Of a DNA stretch of 64,000 bases, positions 30,830 through 46,900 are shown one piece after another. Made by a program: the position numbers and the translations under genes. The stretch is taken from NCBI RefSeq assembly GCF_009914755.1, contig NC_060925.1. One strand, written 5' to 3'. The notes beneath the pieces were generated by a model, which searched no databases, was not told the DNA's origin, and worked only from the letters and a program-made list of their open reading frames with translations. The DNA is from the human T2T-CHM13v2.0 reference genome, Homo sapiens. Positions within the stretch are counted from its first letter, which is position 1, and every line of letters starts with the position of its first letter.

Positions 30830-31010
30830 TGTGATCCTCAATGCTGGCTGTTCATTAGAATCACCTGGGAAGCTTTTACACCACCCTGTTACCCAGGCCT
30901 CACTCCCAGAGATTCTCATTTAATTGGTCTGGAGTGGGGCCCAGATTTCTGTATTTTTTTTAAAGTTCTCCAGGGAATTCTAATATGCAGCCAGGGTTGA
31001 AAATCTCTGC
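30830..31010. mobile_element. MER5A-like MITE
   Basis: 'cattagaatcacctgggaagctttta...cccagagattctcatttaattggtctggagtggggcc...attctaatatgcagccagggttga'. Confidence 0.75.
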
Positions 31011-31274
31011 TATAGAAGATATAGTAAATACTGCAATCATTCAGGCAAAAAAGATGATGATCTAAACTAGGGCAATGGCACTGGGAACCAAGTGAATGGG
31101 CCAGCTGTATAAAATAAACTAAATGTAGAAGAAATAGACCTTAGCAGCTACCTAGACAGGGATTTAGATATAATGGCCTCAACATCATTTATTTCTTCTA
31201 ATTAAAGACAGTTTGGTGAAATGGTTAAAAATATAGACCCTGCAGCCCAATTCCAGCTCTACTATTTACTAGGG

Positions 31275-31288
31275 GTGTGTGAGTGTGA

Positions 31289-31346
<58 letters not shown>
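31275..31346 (+). repeat. Compound (TG)n(AG)n microsatellite embedded in a MIR (~31230-31530)
   Basis: Interrupted GT run followed by ~20 GA units. The flanks match MIR ('tgcctcagtttcctcatctataaattggggataata'). Confidence 0.92.
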
Positions 31347-31352
<6 letters not shown>

Positions 31353-31742
31353 TTAAGATAGACCCTGAGTTAAGCCCCTTAACCTTTTTATGCCTCAGTT
31401 TCCTCATCTATAAATTGGGGATAATAACAATAACCATCATATGGAGTTGTTGGGATTAAGCAAACTAACATATATGTAAAGCCCTTAGTAGCATGCCTGG
31501 CAACAGAGCTATAAACAAGTTTGCTGTTATTATTAGCATGGTTCATCATCTACTCTCATCTCTACGAAATGTTGAATTGCACTTAAGACTGATCTGGAAA
31601 ATGAGAAGTCCTTGAGGGCTTTCAACCAATCTGAAGCCAGGGGCTCCTGAATTCAGCTGGATCTAAGTGGCATACCCTGCCCCCCTCCACCCTGGACCCC
31701 ATATTCCAAGGTCTCAGAGAGTAATAGCCACAGAGCCCCTAC

Positions 31743-31935
31743 TTGAATTGCTGGTCCTTGGTGCTGCATGTCTTGGCCAGGAAGCGTTCTGCCAGCTTCT
31801 CCAGGTTGCGGGAGTAGTCCATCTCAATCTCTGCCTTCTTTCGGAAGAAGTCCTGGAGGTCCTGCAACAGTTGCACCCGAAGCTCACACTGCTGGTCCAG
31901 GCATTTCATCTGCTCTGTGAGCTGAGCACGGATCT
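31743..31935 (-). CDS. SRGAP2B: Internal coding exon (193 bp, codons ~23-87, F-BAR domain N-terminus) of an SRGAP2-family gene; most likely the human-specific paralog SRGAP2B
   Basis: The reverse complement reads polypyrimidine tract ...tcttctcttgtttttgttgtAG | AG ATC CGT GCT CAG ... CAA TTC AA | GTaggg. It translates to (E)IRAQLTEQMKCLDQQCELRVQLLQDLQDFFRKKAEIEMDYSRNLEKLAERFLAKTCSTKDQQF(K), the recalled SRGAP2 residues 23-87 except Cys at 79. Family assignment is very secure. The paralog call (R73 + C79) is less so, about 0.75. Confidence 0.95.
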
Positions 31936-33881
31936 CTACAACAAAAACAAGAGAAGACAGTCAGAAAGACAGCCCTAAATAAACCACCATGCATGCCAAT
32001 ATTCACCCACCTTCCACTTACTTATTCCCCGTGCCCTGGGAAATTGAAAGCCCTGAACAAAAAAGCCTAAAGTCTAAACTGGCCATAGGATGTGAGGCAC
32101 CTCCAAAAATGCCAACCCTTTTTACACCATTAAAGAACATTGTGAACCAGGAATCTGCTGAATCACTTATGAGAAGCTGCTTATTAAAAATAATAACATT
32201 CCTATCTACCATTTATATTACTATGTTTCTAGTGGCACAGAGCCAGAATCTGGGTTGTCTTCTGGCAGAGGGCCCAAATGAATTATCACCCCAACCATCC
32301 TATGAGGCAGGTACTACCTCATCCCCATTTTAAAAATGAGAAAACAGAGTCTTGAAGAAGTCAAACTTTTAAGTGGTGAAGCTGGGATTCAAACCCCAAG
32401 AGACTGACTTTAGAGACCATGCTCCTACTTTTTGCATTTTTCCCCATCATTTCAAAATGTTGTTTACCATCTTCATGAAGTAGGATGAAGGTCAGGATAT
32501 TTTAACGGAGATAGGAAGAAAATCTCCCAAGGTCAAATGGTAGCAATCAAAACAAAAGAAGCACAAGAACTTCTGGGCAGGCAAACCATTCACTGTCAAT
32601 CAGATTTCACAGTTTCCAACATCACAGAATGAAAATCATTTTTTAAGAAGACTTGGAAAGAGATTTTTTTCACTAACAAATATCACTCATATCTGTGTTG
32701 CTTAATCTTCATAGATGCTGTAGTGCCTCTATAGTGTCATAGCTAGAAATACTTCTGGTTAAGCTCTAGCATGCAGATTTCTGGCTGGTCAGGGTCCTTG
32801 TATGGAGCTAGCAAACACTCTCTCTGGAACTGCTGCAAAGGCAGCTATAGATGCAAACAGATCTGCCTCAAATGCAGCACTGCATTTGTTACTGACAAGA
32901 GACCTGGCACTCATAGGAAGCAGTATGACAAAGCCAGACTGATTTTCAGCTCAGAGAAGGCTTGCAGTGTGTATCCTGCTGAAGTTATGTCCCAATCCCC
33001 ATCTGAGTCAGAATGGAGCCATTTCTTTCATCTTTTCCCTCTGCAAGCCTGCTCAGCTCCAAATGCATTAGGATGTGACAGTGACTCCAATCCCACAGAA
33101 AAGGAGCACCTATATTATGCCTTTCCTTATGTGTGCCCCAAATTCATTCCCAAATAGTACAGTTGCAACAATGCTTTCTGTCTATGCTATGTAATGCTAT
33201 GTAATGCATCATTATGGGGAGAGGGGGTCTAGAGTTTTCACGTGAGCTGCAGATAAATCAGAGGCAAATCAGGATCAGAACTATGATGCTGAAATGTTCT
33301 TGAAGCAATGAGGATGGGTAAATGGTGCGTTTAGCTTTGCCTTAAAGTAGTCGAGGCTCCACAATCTGTCCCCATCTACATTTTTGTTTCTGTTTTTACA
33401 AATATCAGTATGTCCTTTGCAGATGATCTCAGGTGATCTGTAAGCGCAATTCTCACCCTCTTCATCCTCATCTCTCTCCCTGTCAACCACCAATGCCAAC
33501 CAGCCCTGCAGTAACCTCACCTGAACTGAAACTGAGCTCCGGAGGATTGTTTCAAGCAGACAGAAGGCTGTGCAGAAAAGCTGCCTACCTCATCACTCAT
33601 CAAAGCTCTCTTGTTCTGTGTTTTACGGAGTCTGATTACAAGGGTATTGGGGGTAAAGATCTGCAGAGGTTATGTCAGGCATCTGGTTCTTGCCAGGGAT
33701 TTCTGGGTCTCTTAAAGGGAACAGCCCTTGTTGAGACTATTCCTGTAGGCATCTGTCCCCCTTCAATATATTAGTGAAAAGCTGATAGTAATAGACATTG
33801 GGTGGGCAGACTGTACATTGAGAGGGCATTCAGAATGCTTACTAATATTACTTAAATTCCATCCGTTCAGTAAGAACCAAG

Positions 33882-34314
<433 letters not shown>

Positions 34315-35284
34315 TCAGTAATCTCACTCACCAGGGGAATACAAAGGAATAGTTAGTTGGATGACACCCACCCTCTGCCAAAAAAAGAGAGGACAAGGCA
34401 AAGTCCCATGAAGTTCCAGAAGTAGGCCACTCCAGAGTTAGCCTGTCCAAGGAACAAGTACTTAATAGGAGGCCTCTGAGATATGTGATTTAATATAAGA
34501 AACCCCCAAGCACATCCAGCCAGCAAGGAATTCCAGCCTGATTTTGCAGGTGCCTCAATGAGGGCAGCAGAGTATATGCTGCATCACAGGTACTCCCTCT
34601 GGAACCCTGAAGGGATGGGAGCATGTGTTTATTGAATACATTTTATAGGCCTTTCTATGTATCATCTCATTTAATTCTCACAGGTAGTCTGTAAGGTATC
34701 CACAATTATCCTGATTACACTAAGGAGAAAACTGAAGTAAGACTCTTTAAGTAATTTACCAAAGGGTCAACAATTATGCAACAGGAGCTGGAGCTAAATT
34801 AAGGTTTGTCTGACTTGTCAAAGAGGTTAATAGTAGGTCAGAGAAACAAAAACAAGAGAAATAGAACACCAGTTTGGAGTCTCTGAAAGTATCTCTGTGT
34901 AAATCACAGTGACCATGACTCTTAACTCCTGGAACATCGCCTTTTCCACTTTCCAGCTGAGGGTTGATTCAGGCCCCTAAGACAAGTTTGGACTTGCCCA
35001 CCGACTCACCAGCTAGCTCTGTTTCAATCTGTCCACAACCACACTGGATCCCTTCCCCACTTCCTAGATCTACTCTACAGGACAGCTTAGGGGGAAGTGC
35101 TTTTCTTGTCCTGTGAGTACACCCTGAGGTCTACCAGGAAGCCCAGAGGACAGAGACAGTAAGAAAGCAATATCCCCACCCCTGATCCAGGAAAAAAAAG
35201 AGGCTCTGTTAATAGATACCACCTGCTAGTGTGGTTTATTTGTGATATGACACCATGAGCATCTCCCCTCCCTCACAACTGGCC

Positions 35285-35421
35285 AAAAAGAAGAAGAGGA
35301 AGAGGAAGAAGGAAAAGGAAGGAAGAACAGGAGGTGGAGAAGGAGAAGGAAAAGGAGGAGAAAAAGAAAGAAGAAAGAGAATGAAGAAGGAAAAAGAAGA
35401 AAGGAAGCAGAAAGAAGAAGA
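35285..35421 (+). repeat. Purine-rich (GAA/GGA) low-complexity tract
   Basis: About 135 bp almost entirely A/G. Confidence 0.9.
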
Positions 35422-38400
35422 TGCCTCCCTTGTTACCATCTTCAAAGAATCCATACAGGCATTAAGGGAAATTCTAACTACTCTCACTCTTAGGCGTACA
35501 GCTCCAAGACAGAACAGTTGTTCTATCCAGGGAAAAATGTGCTGCCTTAGGCGCTGCTGCTGCTGCTCCTACAAAGACAAACAATGGTCCCCAAGAAGGC
35601 AGCTATGCTGGCCCCAGTCCCCGTTCATGCACACAAGGGGCAGGAAACAATGGGCCACTGAATACCAGCACTCCTGGGCCATGTGCCCAGGCTGAAGGCC
35701 CCTCTGAATCCTGGCCTATCAACAAACAAAAGGGCAGAAAGAAGAAAGAGGCAATTTAAAAACATAGAGGAACTCCTCACAGTTCCCTCATGTGCTTAGG
35801 CGATCATGCATGTGCACATCATGTGTACACACTCAAAGACTCACACCACTCATACCACTTACACCATGCTTCACGATACCAACTCAAGAAGACTTTACAC
35901 ATCTGGTTTACAGTTGGATGAGAATACTTGGGAGCTATGGAGATGGTGGGGTCCTTGCCAGTTCCTTCCCTAGAAATACATGGAAAGAAGTCAAGCTCTC
36001 ACTTTCTAGAAGCAGCTATATCTTAGGGGTACAAAAGAATTCCCTGGCTATTCACAAAGCCAAAGTACTAAGGTCGCCATGAGTCACCTGGAGTGATATA
36101 TACATCCAAACAGCCTCCCCTGAGCGCCCAGTAGAGCCCATTTATTCAGCAAATCTTACTGAGCCTTTCCTGTATGGAGGCACTGTGCTAGGTGATGGTG
36201 ACAAAGGAGGAAAAGACAGGTCTAAGCTCTGTCTAAAGAGGCATGGCTTGACAAAGAAGAGAAAGGACAAGAGAACACAAAAAGTCTTATTGTTTCTGCT
36301 TTAAATATTCTTTATTATAACAAAGCTGTGGTAATAAGCCCCAACCTGAAGATCTAAGATTTAAAAATCATCAATAGCGGAAAGAAATCACATAACAGGG
36401 CTAAGAAAAATCCAATGTCCTCTATCATTTTTTCTTATTATGTTTTTTTAAAAATGACACTTGAATAAAAATTGCAGCTTCCCTTGCAAGAGGAACCCAA
36501 TTTTTTTAAAAGGTTCCTGAGAATCAGAGTTGACCTCTGGTTGATATTTCATGCAGAGATTCAAGACAAATTTAAACCTCCCTGTTTTGAAATTAAGATA
36601 GTGATGATTGTTGCTCAACCTTGTGAATATGTTTAAAAAATTGAATTGTACACTTTAAAAGAGTGAATTTTACAGTATGTGAATTATATCTCACTGAAAA
36701 AAACAGATTAAAAAATTTAACCCCACCACATAGCATATTCTGTTGAGCACCATCTGCCAGTGAAGGGGAAAATAACCCAACAAACAGGAGCCAAAAGGAG
36801 GAACGGATTCTTGGTTTCCATTTCCCCGTGTGTATGAATTAAACACATTCTGCATTGACTATTCCTAAAGCAAATCTTGGAAGCTGCCCCTCTGGGCCGT
36901 AGGCTTGGCCATGACATTGAACTCCACTGGCAGATCACCATTTCCAAACGATGTCAGATAAAGACCTGCCAGGGAGTGTTTTTATATGTGAATTCAAATC
37001 CAGCATCACCAGACACACCCATGAAGCTTCCCCTGGGAAATGCTGCCTCCTTGCCCATGCTTGGCCACAGCTGAGACACTAACTATACTCGTCCTAGTAT
37101 TTAGAAAGAGGCTTATTTCCTTTTTAGAAAGATGCTGAAGGGTCTCAATAAGCATGCAACTGGAAGAAAAACTAGCCCTAATAGGATACTGATCATTTAA
37201 CAAAAACAGGCAGGGCCCTGCCACGCTGACAATCATGTAGACTCCAAATTACAACACCTGCCAATGCAGATGACACAGTCCTCTGAAAACTGCCCTCACT
37301 TCAGAGAACATCCAGGGAATTCACCAGTCAGCAGAGTACAGGGGGTGAGGGAGTGGGGGTGTTCAGCCTATTGCTTTCAATCCAGAGATCCCTTTCTTTC
37401 CTCCTTTCAAAATTCATCTTCTTCTTCAGGAATTTTCTCTGATTAAGTCATGAATACCACATTTCTAAGGAGAAAATGGGGGAGGAAGGGCAGGCCAGGA
37501 GACAGATGTAATCTTTCAGGAGAGTCACACAGGCATGTCCTTCCTTTCTCCTTGATGTGCCAGCACCCAGGGGGCAGGAGCTGCATCTCCCACAGGCTCT
37601 GTTGCCAGCACGTGGAGCAGATCAGCCCGCGCTCCCCATTGGGAACCTGGTCTGACTGCCAGTCTTTTTCCACCCAATCTGCCTCACCTGCTTTTAGCCC
37701 CTTCACAAACACATGAAGTCACCTCAGCCATCTCAGGAATATTAATTCCTAGTACCTTTCCAGAGAATGTTACATAAGAATACAATTGAGGCTTTCAGGC
37801 GCTACCCTCCATATCTCTTACCAAGACTTCTTATCACAACAGTAATCAGCCCCTCTCAAAACTGTTCCTCAGGAAACAAAATACCAGAATGCCCTGCCAA
37901 GTCTTGCTCTCTACTCTGCTAGTTTGCCTTTCTATGAACTTAGTAAAGGGAGGACTCAAAAATCCTTGCTGGACAGATGTGAGAACCAAAGCTCAGAGCA
38001 GCAAAGGGGATTGACCAAGATCACACAGCTATTTAGTTGCAGATCCAAGACTGAAATCCAAGTCGCTGAGTTCCCAATGTCCTTTCCTACTTTTACTTAC
38101 TCTCATTGCAAACATCTATTTGAGTGCCTTCCGGGTGCTCTGGGAATACAGACAAAAAGTTCTTCCTCAAAGTTAGCAGGGTAGTGGAGAAGAAAGAAGA
38201 AAAAAACAGTAACAAACAAGGTTAAATAATAATATAAACAAATGAGTATGCGCACAGAGCAGAGAGAGAGACACAGCACCACCCTCAATGTGTTATATGT
38301 GCTATAACACATCCTCAGTGACTGACATTACTTACCTATGAGTAGTCAGTTTCCAAGAAAAGGCCATCAAGATACTTTCAGTAAACTAGGAAACAGCAAA

Positions 38401-38473
38401 TATTCTTCCTCAAAGAGTGTGACTGATAGTCTTTTTCTGCATTACTTTACTCTATTAAGTAAGGCACAAAACA

Positions 38474-38763
38474 GGCCAGGCACAGTGGCTCACCCCTGTA
38501 ATCCCGGGACTTTGGGAAGCCAAGGTGGGCCGATTACTAGAGCTCAGGAGTTCCAGATGAGCCTGGGCAACATGGCAAAATCCCAGCTCTACAAAATTTT
38601 TTTTTAAGTTAGCTGGGGGGGTGGTGCATGCCTTTAGTCCCAGCTACTTGGGAGGCTGAGGTGGGAGGCTTGCTTGAGCCCAGGAGGTCAAGGCCACAGT
38701 GAGCCGTGATTGTGCCACTATACTCCAGCCTGGGTGACAGAGCAACACCCTGTCTCAAAAAAC
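38474..38763 (+). mobile_element. AluJ-like
   Basis: Diverged full dimer. Confidence 0.88.
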
Positions 38764-39168
38764 TAAATACATAAGGCACAACCAACCAACAAATAGCTAT
38801 TATGTTTCTGAAATAATTGTTTTTCATTCCTTATATCCATGTTTTCCCCACTCTCGGTCCACATGCTTTCAGTAAAACTGATCCCACCCCTGCCCTCTCC
38901 AAAGATAGTGTGCTTTCTCAAATCCAGGCCTTGGCTGGGAGATGGAAGACCTGGGGACAAAGAGAGTGTGACACTGCCACTGCCATCTTGCTACCGTGAG
39001 TGGAAAGCCCATTTGAGAATGGAGTTGGCCCAGAGAAGCAGAGCTGAGAGATGGGGAGAAGGAAACATGAGTATCTGAATGAAGTCACGATGAGAAGCCA
39101 GCCCTATCCCTGGACCTTTCAGTGACACAAGTCAATTCATTCAATTTTCGCTTAAAACACTTTGCCTA

Positions 39169-39339
39169 GGCCAGGCATGGTGGCTCACACCTGTAATCCT
39201 AGCACTTTGGGAGGCCCAGATGGGAGGACTGCTTGAAGCCGGAAGTCTGAGACCAGCCTGGTCAACATAGCAAGACCTCATCTCAAAAAGATAAAATAAA
39301 TAAAATAAAAGATATATAAAAAAGAAACAAACAAAAAAA
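39169..39339 (+). mobile_element. FLAM-like Alu monomer within an old MLT1-like LTR
   Basis: Left arm only with an A-rich tail and flanking repeat CACTTTGCCT. Confidence 0.8.
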
Positions 39340-39681
39340 CCACTTTGCCTTGGATTTTTGGTCCCTTGCAAAGGGGCTGTAATGGATAAACTGAGGATTT
39401 CTGAAGTATGAAGTTCCCTGTTCTCAAGAAATTACAATCTAATTGTGAAGACATGATCCAAATATACATTTCAAAATTTCACATAACAATTCATATTACA
39501 TAATTGCACAAGATATATAATTATATAGTACAGAAATTATGTTATTGTATACTATAAGGACATGAAATTAAGAATAAATACTACAATGAAAGTGTTGAAA
39601 GCTCAGGAAGATCAGTGGGGAATCCCATTACTATAGTCAGGCTTCTGGAGGTAGTCTAAACTTCTTGAAAAGAAGAAATTT

Positions 39682-40000
<319 letters not shown>

Positions 40001-43000
40001 TCAGTTGACTAATGTACTTGTGGGACCCAGAACAACACCTAGCATTATAGTAGGCCTCCAAGTTTGTGGAGGGAAGGCAGGAGAGGAGAAAGAGAGAGAG
40101 AAAGGGAAGGAAACAGAAATCTGAAGTAGTATTCTGAGGAAGAGTAGGATTTCAGTAAATGAAGGGTGAGGAGAGGATATCCCAGAGTAAGAGAAAACGT
40201 ACACCAAGAGATAGGAATGTTTGAGCGTGGCCTCTCTGTGGGGTAGGGAGGAAGATGTCCTTACTGGAACAAAAGGTGGCACTGAGGCTTGGTCAAAGAT
40301 AAAGGTGCAAGAGGAGGAATAGCTCCAAAGGCCAATAGAGTAGTTTGGATCTCAAGCAGCCAGAAATGGAGCTGGTAAAAGTTTGTGTCATGATGAATGT
40401 AATAAATGGAGTTGAAGCAAGATCACAGTGAAGGAAGTCTGCTGGATGGAGTCCTATGCTGTCTAAATGAAGAAATGGAGTGAACATTAATGAGCAATAC
40501 AAGCTGAATGGTAGAGAGGTCAAAATGAGTAGGAGAATTCCATGAGTGGAAAATCCCTGCACATACCAACACCAATCATTAGCAATAACACGTACTTTAG
40601 AGCCCATGACTCTATAGTATGATTCCAAACCATCCTTCCCTTCACAGTAGTCAGCAAACTGGAGCCATAAGAGACATCCTTGGGTTCAAAGGTAAGACAG
40701 TAATCTTGGTGGGAGGAAGGGGGTAGTGGGGGCAGTTGTGACTGGAACTCTGGCCTCCCTGGCTTTCCTTTTGACTGTAGTTTTCTCTGATGGACTTTAA
40801 ACATGGCCATCTTCAAAACTGTCTGCCCTGTGCGGTAGATTATTCCAAAGCTATGAAAGAAAGAAACACTCCTCCCCTTACATTAACTCCACACTACCTA
40901 AAAACAATGCATGCACCTTTGGTAACAAAGAGAAACCAGCTAGTGGGAAAGAGAAGAAGAAAAATGGCCCTACAAGTTTCCAAAAGACGTTCAGTCATCC
41001 ATTAACTTTCCAGCCCCAAGTGAATGCACAGAAGGCAATCTCATAAAGCCAATGAGAGGGATATTTCAATATCATCGTGACTACTCTGGCAGGCTGCCTT
41101 AGTTCTTTCAAGTGACTCAAAAGCAAGTTAAAGACAAAAGGATCCCAAATGAAAAAGCTGCCACATCAAATGCCAAAGTAGTAATTTTAGCTCCTAGGTC
41201 TTGCCTGAGATGTTTAAGAAACAGAATTCTCAAGGTCCAAAATTTAGAATTAACTTGTACCACAAACTAAAGATGCAGGATGTGAAGACCAGCAGCTCCT
41301 CTGGGAAATGTCAGCTAGTCTGATGCTCCTGATTCATTGCTAGTGACAAGCTGCAAGTCAGTTCCCAAGGACCACGATAATCAACCAACAAACCCAGCAA
41401 ATATTTATCTAACACCAACTCTGTGGGAAGATCTGGGTGATGAATCATTGGAACACACATGAAAATGTAAGATATTTACACAAGAAAATGTAAGACAGTC
41501 TCTTACTCTCAAGGAGCTTACAATTGAATTGGAGAAAAGGAGGACTAAATGCAAAAATATTTAAGAGTATAAGACTGGCATCCTAAGTGCCAAAATAATG
41601 GTCCCAGACTACATTAAGAGAGGAAGAAATCAGTAAAATCTAGCATGGACCTCTTGAGACCTTGGGTAGGGGGGGATTTAAACAGAAGCGAGGGGGATGA
41701 CAGATGAAGGGTTGTAGTTAGCAAAGCAAAGTCAAAGAGGCTAAAATGGGCAGATGAAGCTCAGGAGGCTGTGAGAAGCCTTGTGACTTGAAGGTTCACA
41801 CAGAAGAGTATGAAGAGAAGGGGTAAATAAGCAGGCCAGGGCCAGCAGAGAGGGTCCTGCATGCCTGATGAGCAGAACAGATACAAACACAGTTCTAAAG
41901 GGCTCTGTAAACTCTGGACAAAGCAAAATGAGAGTCTTGAAAAGCAGGACAGCCCAAGAAGAGTCAAAGCTCAAGGAGAGTAAAAATCCAAGAAATTTCC
42001 TACCAAACAATTCCTGAAAAGACCAAATGTCAGTTCAAACATGTCCACTCTCTTAGAGGACAAAGGCACACTGTATGTGCTCAAGGCTCCAACACAATCG
42101 AGTTGAAAACAAACCAGATCAATATTAAAATCCAGACCCTACGTTCCTGTAGAGCTGGCTCTGGAGAGTTCACTTCATTTTGTGCAGGACCCAGCTTAGC
42201 ATAAGTACTGGCACATTGTTTCAAGTTTAGTTCAACAAGCAGGGACCAAGCACCTATTCGTTACCAGTGAGAAGGACAAACAAAAATGATTAAAGAAGAC
42301 CAAGAAGTTCAGTTGGCCCGTGAAATGCCTACGAAGCATCCTACTGGAAAAGGCAGTTGTATTCTCCTTCTGTTCTCAGGAGAGGTCAAGTCTAGAAATA
42401 GACACTTGGGAGCCATCAGCAAATATTATAGATGGCAGTTAGGAAGTTAACCAGCAAAGTGAATGCAGCTGTCCATAGACAGCATGTAGAATTAAAAAGA
42501 TGTAGGCTTAGGATATCCCCATTTAGGTGGAAAGCAAAGCAAGGAGAGATAGGAAAGTAGATTAAGAATGAAGAGAGATGTACAAAAGTGTCAATAACTA
42601 TGGAGTATTTAAATAAGACAGCAAGGCAAAGAGCTCATTAACCTTGGCAATGAGAAGTCTATCATTATTGAGGGCCTGCTCTGCCAGATTCAGTTTATGC
42701 ACCACCCCAGATGAACACAACTACCTTGCTGCTGGCTGAAACAGTCTGCCCAGTTCCTATTGCAATGGCTGTTCCTGGGCCTTCATATGTTGTTGATGCA
42801 CCAGCCTGACAGTGCATTGCCTTCTACCCCTGCGGCGTGACTCTCAATCCCACCCAGGCTTTCTCTCCTGCTACTGAAGCATGAGACTTGGAGTGACCTA
42901 TTCAATCAGCAGTCATGTCAACAACAAGTACAGAGAAGTGGAGGCTTCAAGAATCAAACTTTGACCTACAGGAGATAGAAACTGACGAATGAAATATTTT

Positions 43001-43609
43001 CCCTCCTTGCCCCAGTGGACTGTTCAGAGATGCAGTAGCTTCACATAGTTACATGAAGATGTCCCACAAGACCAAGCAATCATCCTCTCATGAAGCTATA
43101 GTCAACTTATAAGCAATCTCTTGTTATGTTCTCCCTCCTTCCCTTTCTCCCCATTCCTGCTTCCCTGGGATGACTCTTGCAAATGAAGTGTACGCTTTTG
43201 CCTCTCCCTCTAATTTATATTTTCAAGGACTCTAGACTAAGACACCTACCTTGTGACAGGTACTGTTCTGGATGTTGGGTAGACAGTCCCGTCCTTGACA
43301 AAACTTATTCCAATGAAAGAATCTGCCCAGCAGATCCTTCAGAATAGATAACCATTTATTTTTCAACAACTCAATATACATGTGAAGTGACTGGTTTGTT
43401 ATAAGAACTGATTTAGTTGACCACAGTTTTTTTTTATGGAAAGGTAAACTGTCCCCACAAAAGTTATAGGCAGACACATCTTATATATTTACTAGTAATC
43501 ACATATCCCATTCATTAAGTGCTTATTATGTGCCAAGTAGGCTCCTATTGAGTCACTATTCAAGTATAAAGGTATCTCACTTAATCCTCAAAACACCCCA
43601 GGGAGATTA

Positions 43610-44858
<1,249 letters not shown>

Positions 44859-45624
44859 TAAAATCTATCCCATAGGTTCTTTGATCCTTTAACTTTTCGA
44901 TAAAGAAGGTACAGAAAGTGATAGGAATTGAACAAAACTAGTGGCTTCAAACTTTGGCAATCCAACACACATGCACACACACATACACACACAACTGAAA
45001 AGTGTCATGAAACAACATTTATCCTTAGTCATGAACTCTGATATTTTCTATAACTTTTTAAATGCTGGTTGTGGCTCACTAATTTGCTTTCATGATTTAG
45101 TAAAAGGTCTCAACCTGCAGTTTGAAAAGCTGTGGAATAAACCACATGGCCACCAAAGGCAGAACTAGAACAGTCTTCAAACCACTCAGCTCCTTCTTCA
45201 TGGGTTATTATTAAATCAGAAAGGGCCTAAGTTTCACTTCTTGCTGTAAAAGAAACTGTACATTCCGTATCCTCCTCCTTTGCCCTCCACAGTTCACGTG
45301 AGCACTAGAAATTCAGAGAACACCCAGGAACCAGTGGGCACTTCCTATGTATGCAACTCATGTTACTGTTGCCCAATCTAAGGTGCTGCCATTCAACATC
45401 AGGGAGAGTCCTGTGGCCTGTTCTCTTAGTTTCGTCTTCCTTATTTTGAGGCCCAGCAACCGTCATCATTCACTGTACCTTTGGAGCAAAGAAGTTGCTG
45501 ATCTAAACACCACAAGGCAATGTTGTTATATATTTAGTAAAAAGATTATAAACAGACTAGATGAAACTTATTAGTGGTTAAGTTTAAAAAAACAAAACAA
45601 AACACCAAAAAAAAAAAACAGTCC

Positions 45625-45956
<332 letters not shown>

Positions 45957-46041
45957 TCAAAGATAAATTATATCTGCTATTGTTTCAAAGTAATGGAGGA
46001 GAGTGGGAATGGGTGAGGGATACAGATAAAACAAAACTGGC

Positions 46042-46900
<859 letters not shown>

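Noticed and set aside
31667-31978. 103-aa + strand ORF overlapping the exon
   Set aside because: It is the antisense shadow of the real minus-strand SRGAP2 exon, with a GTG start and no independent support.
35255-35695. 146-aa K/E/R-rich ORF
   Set aside because: Translation of a purine-rich low-complexity tract.
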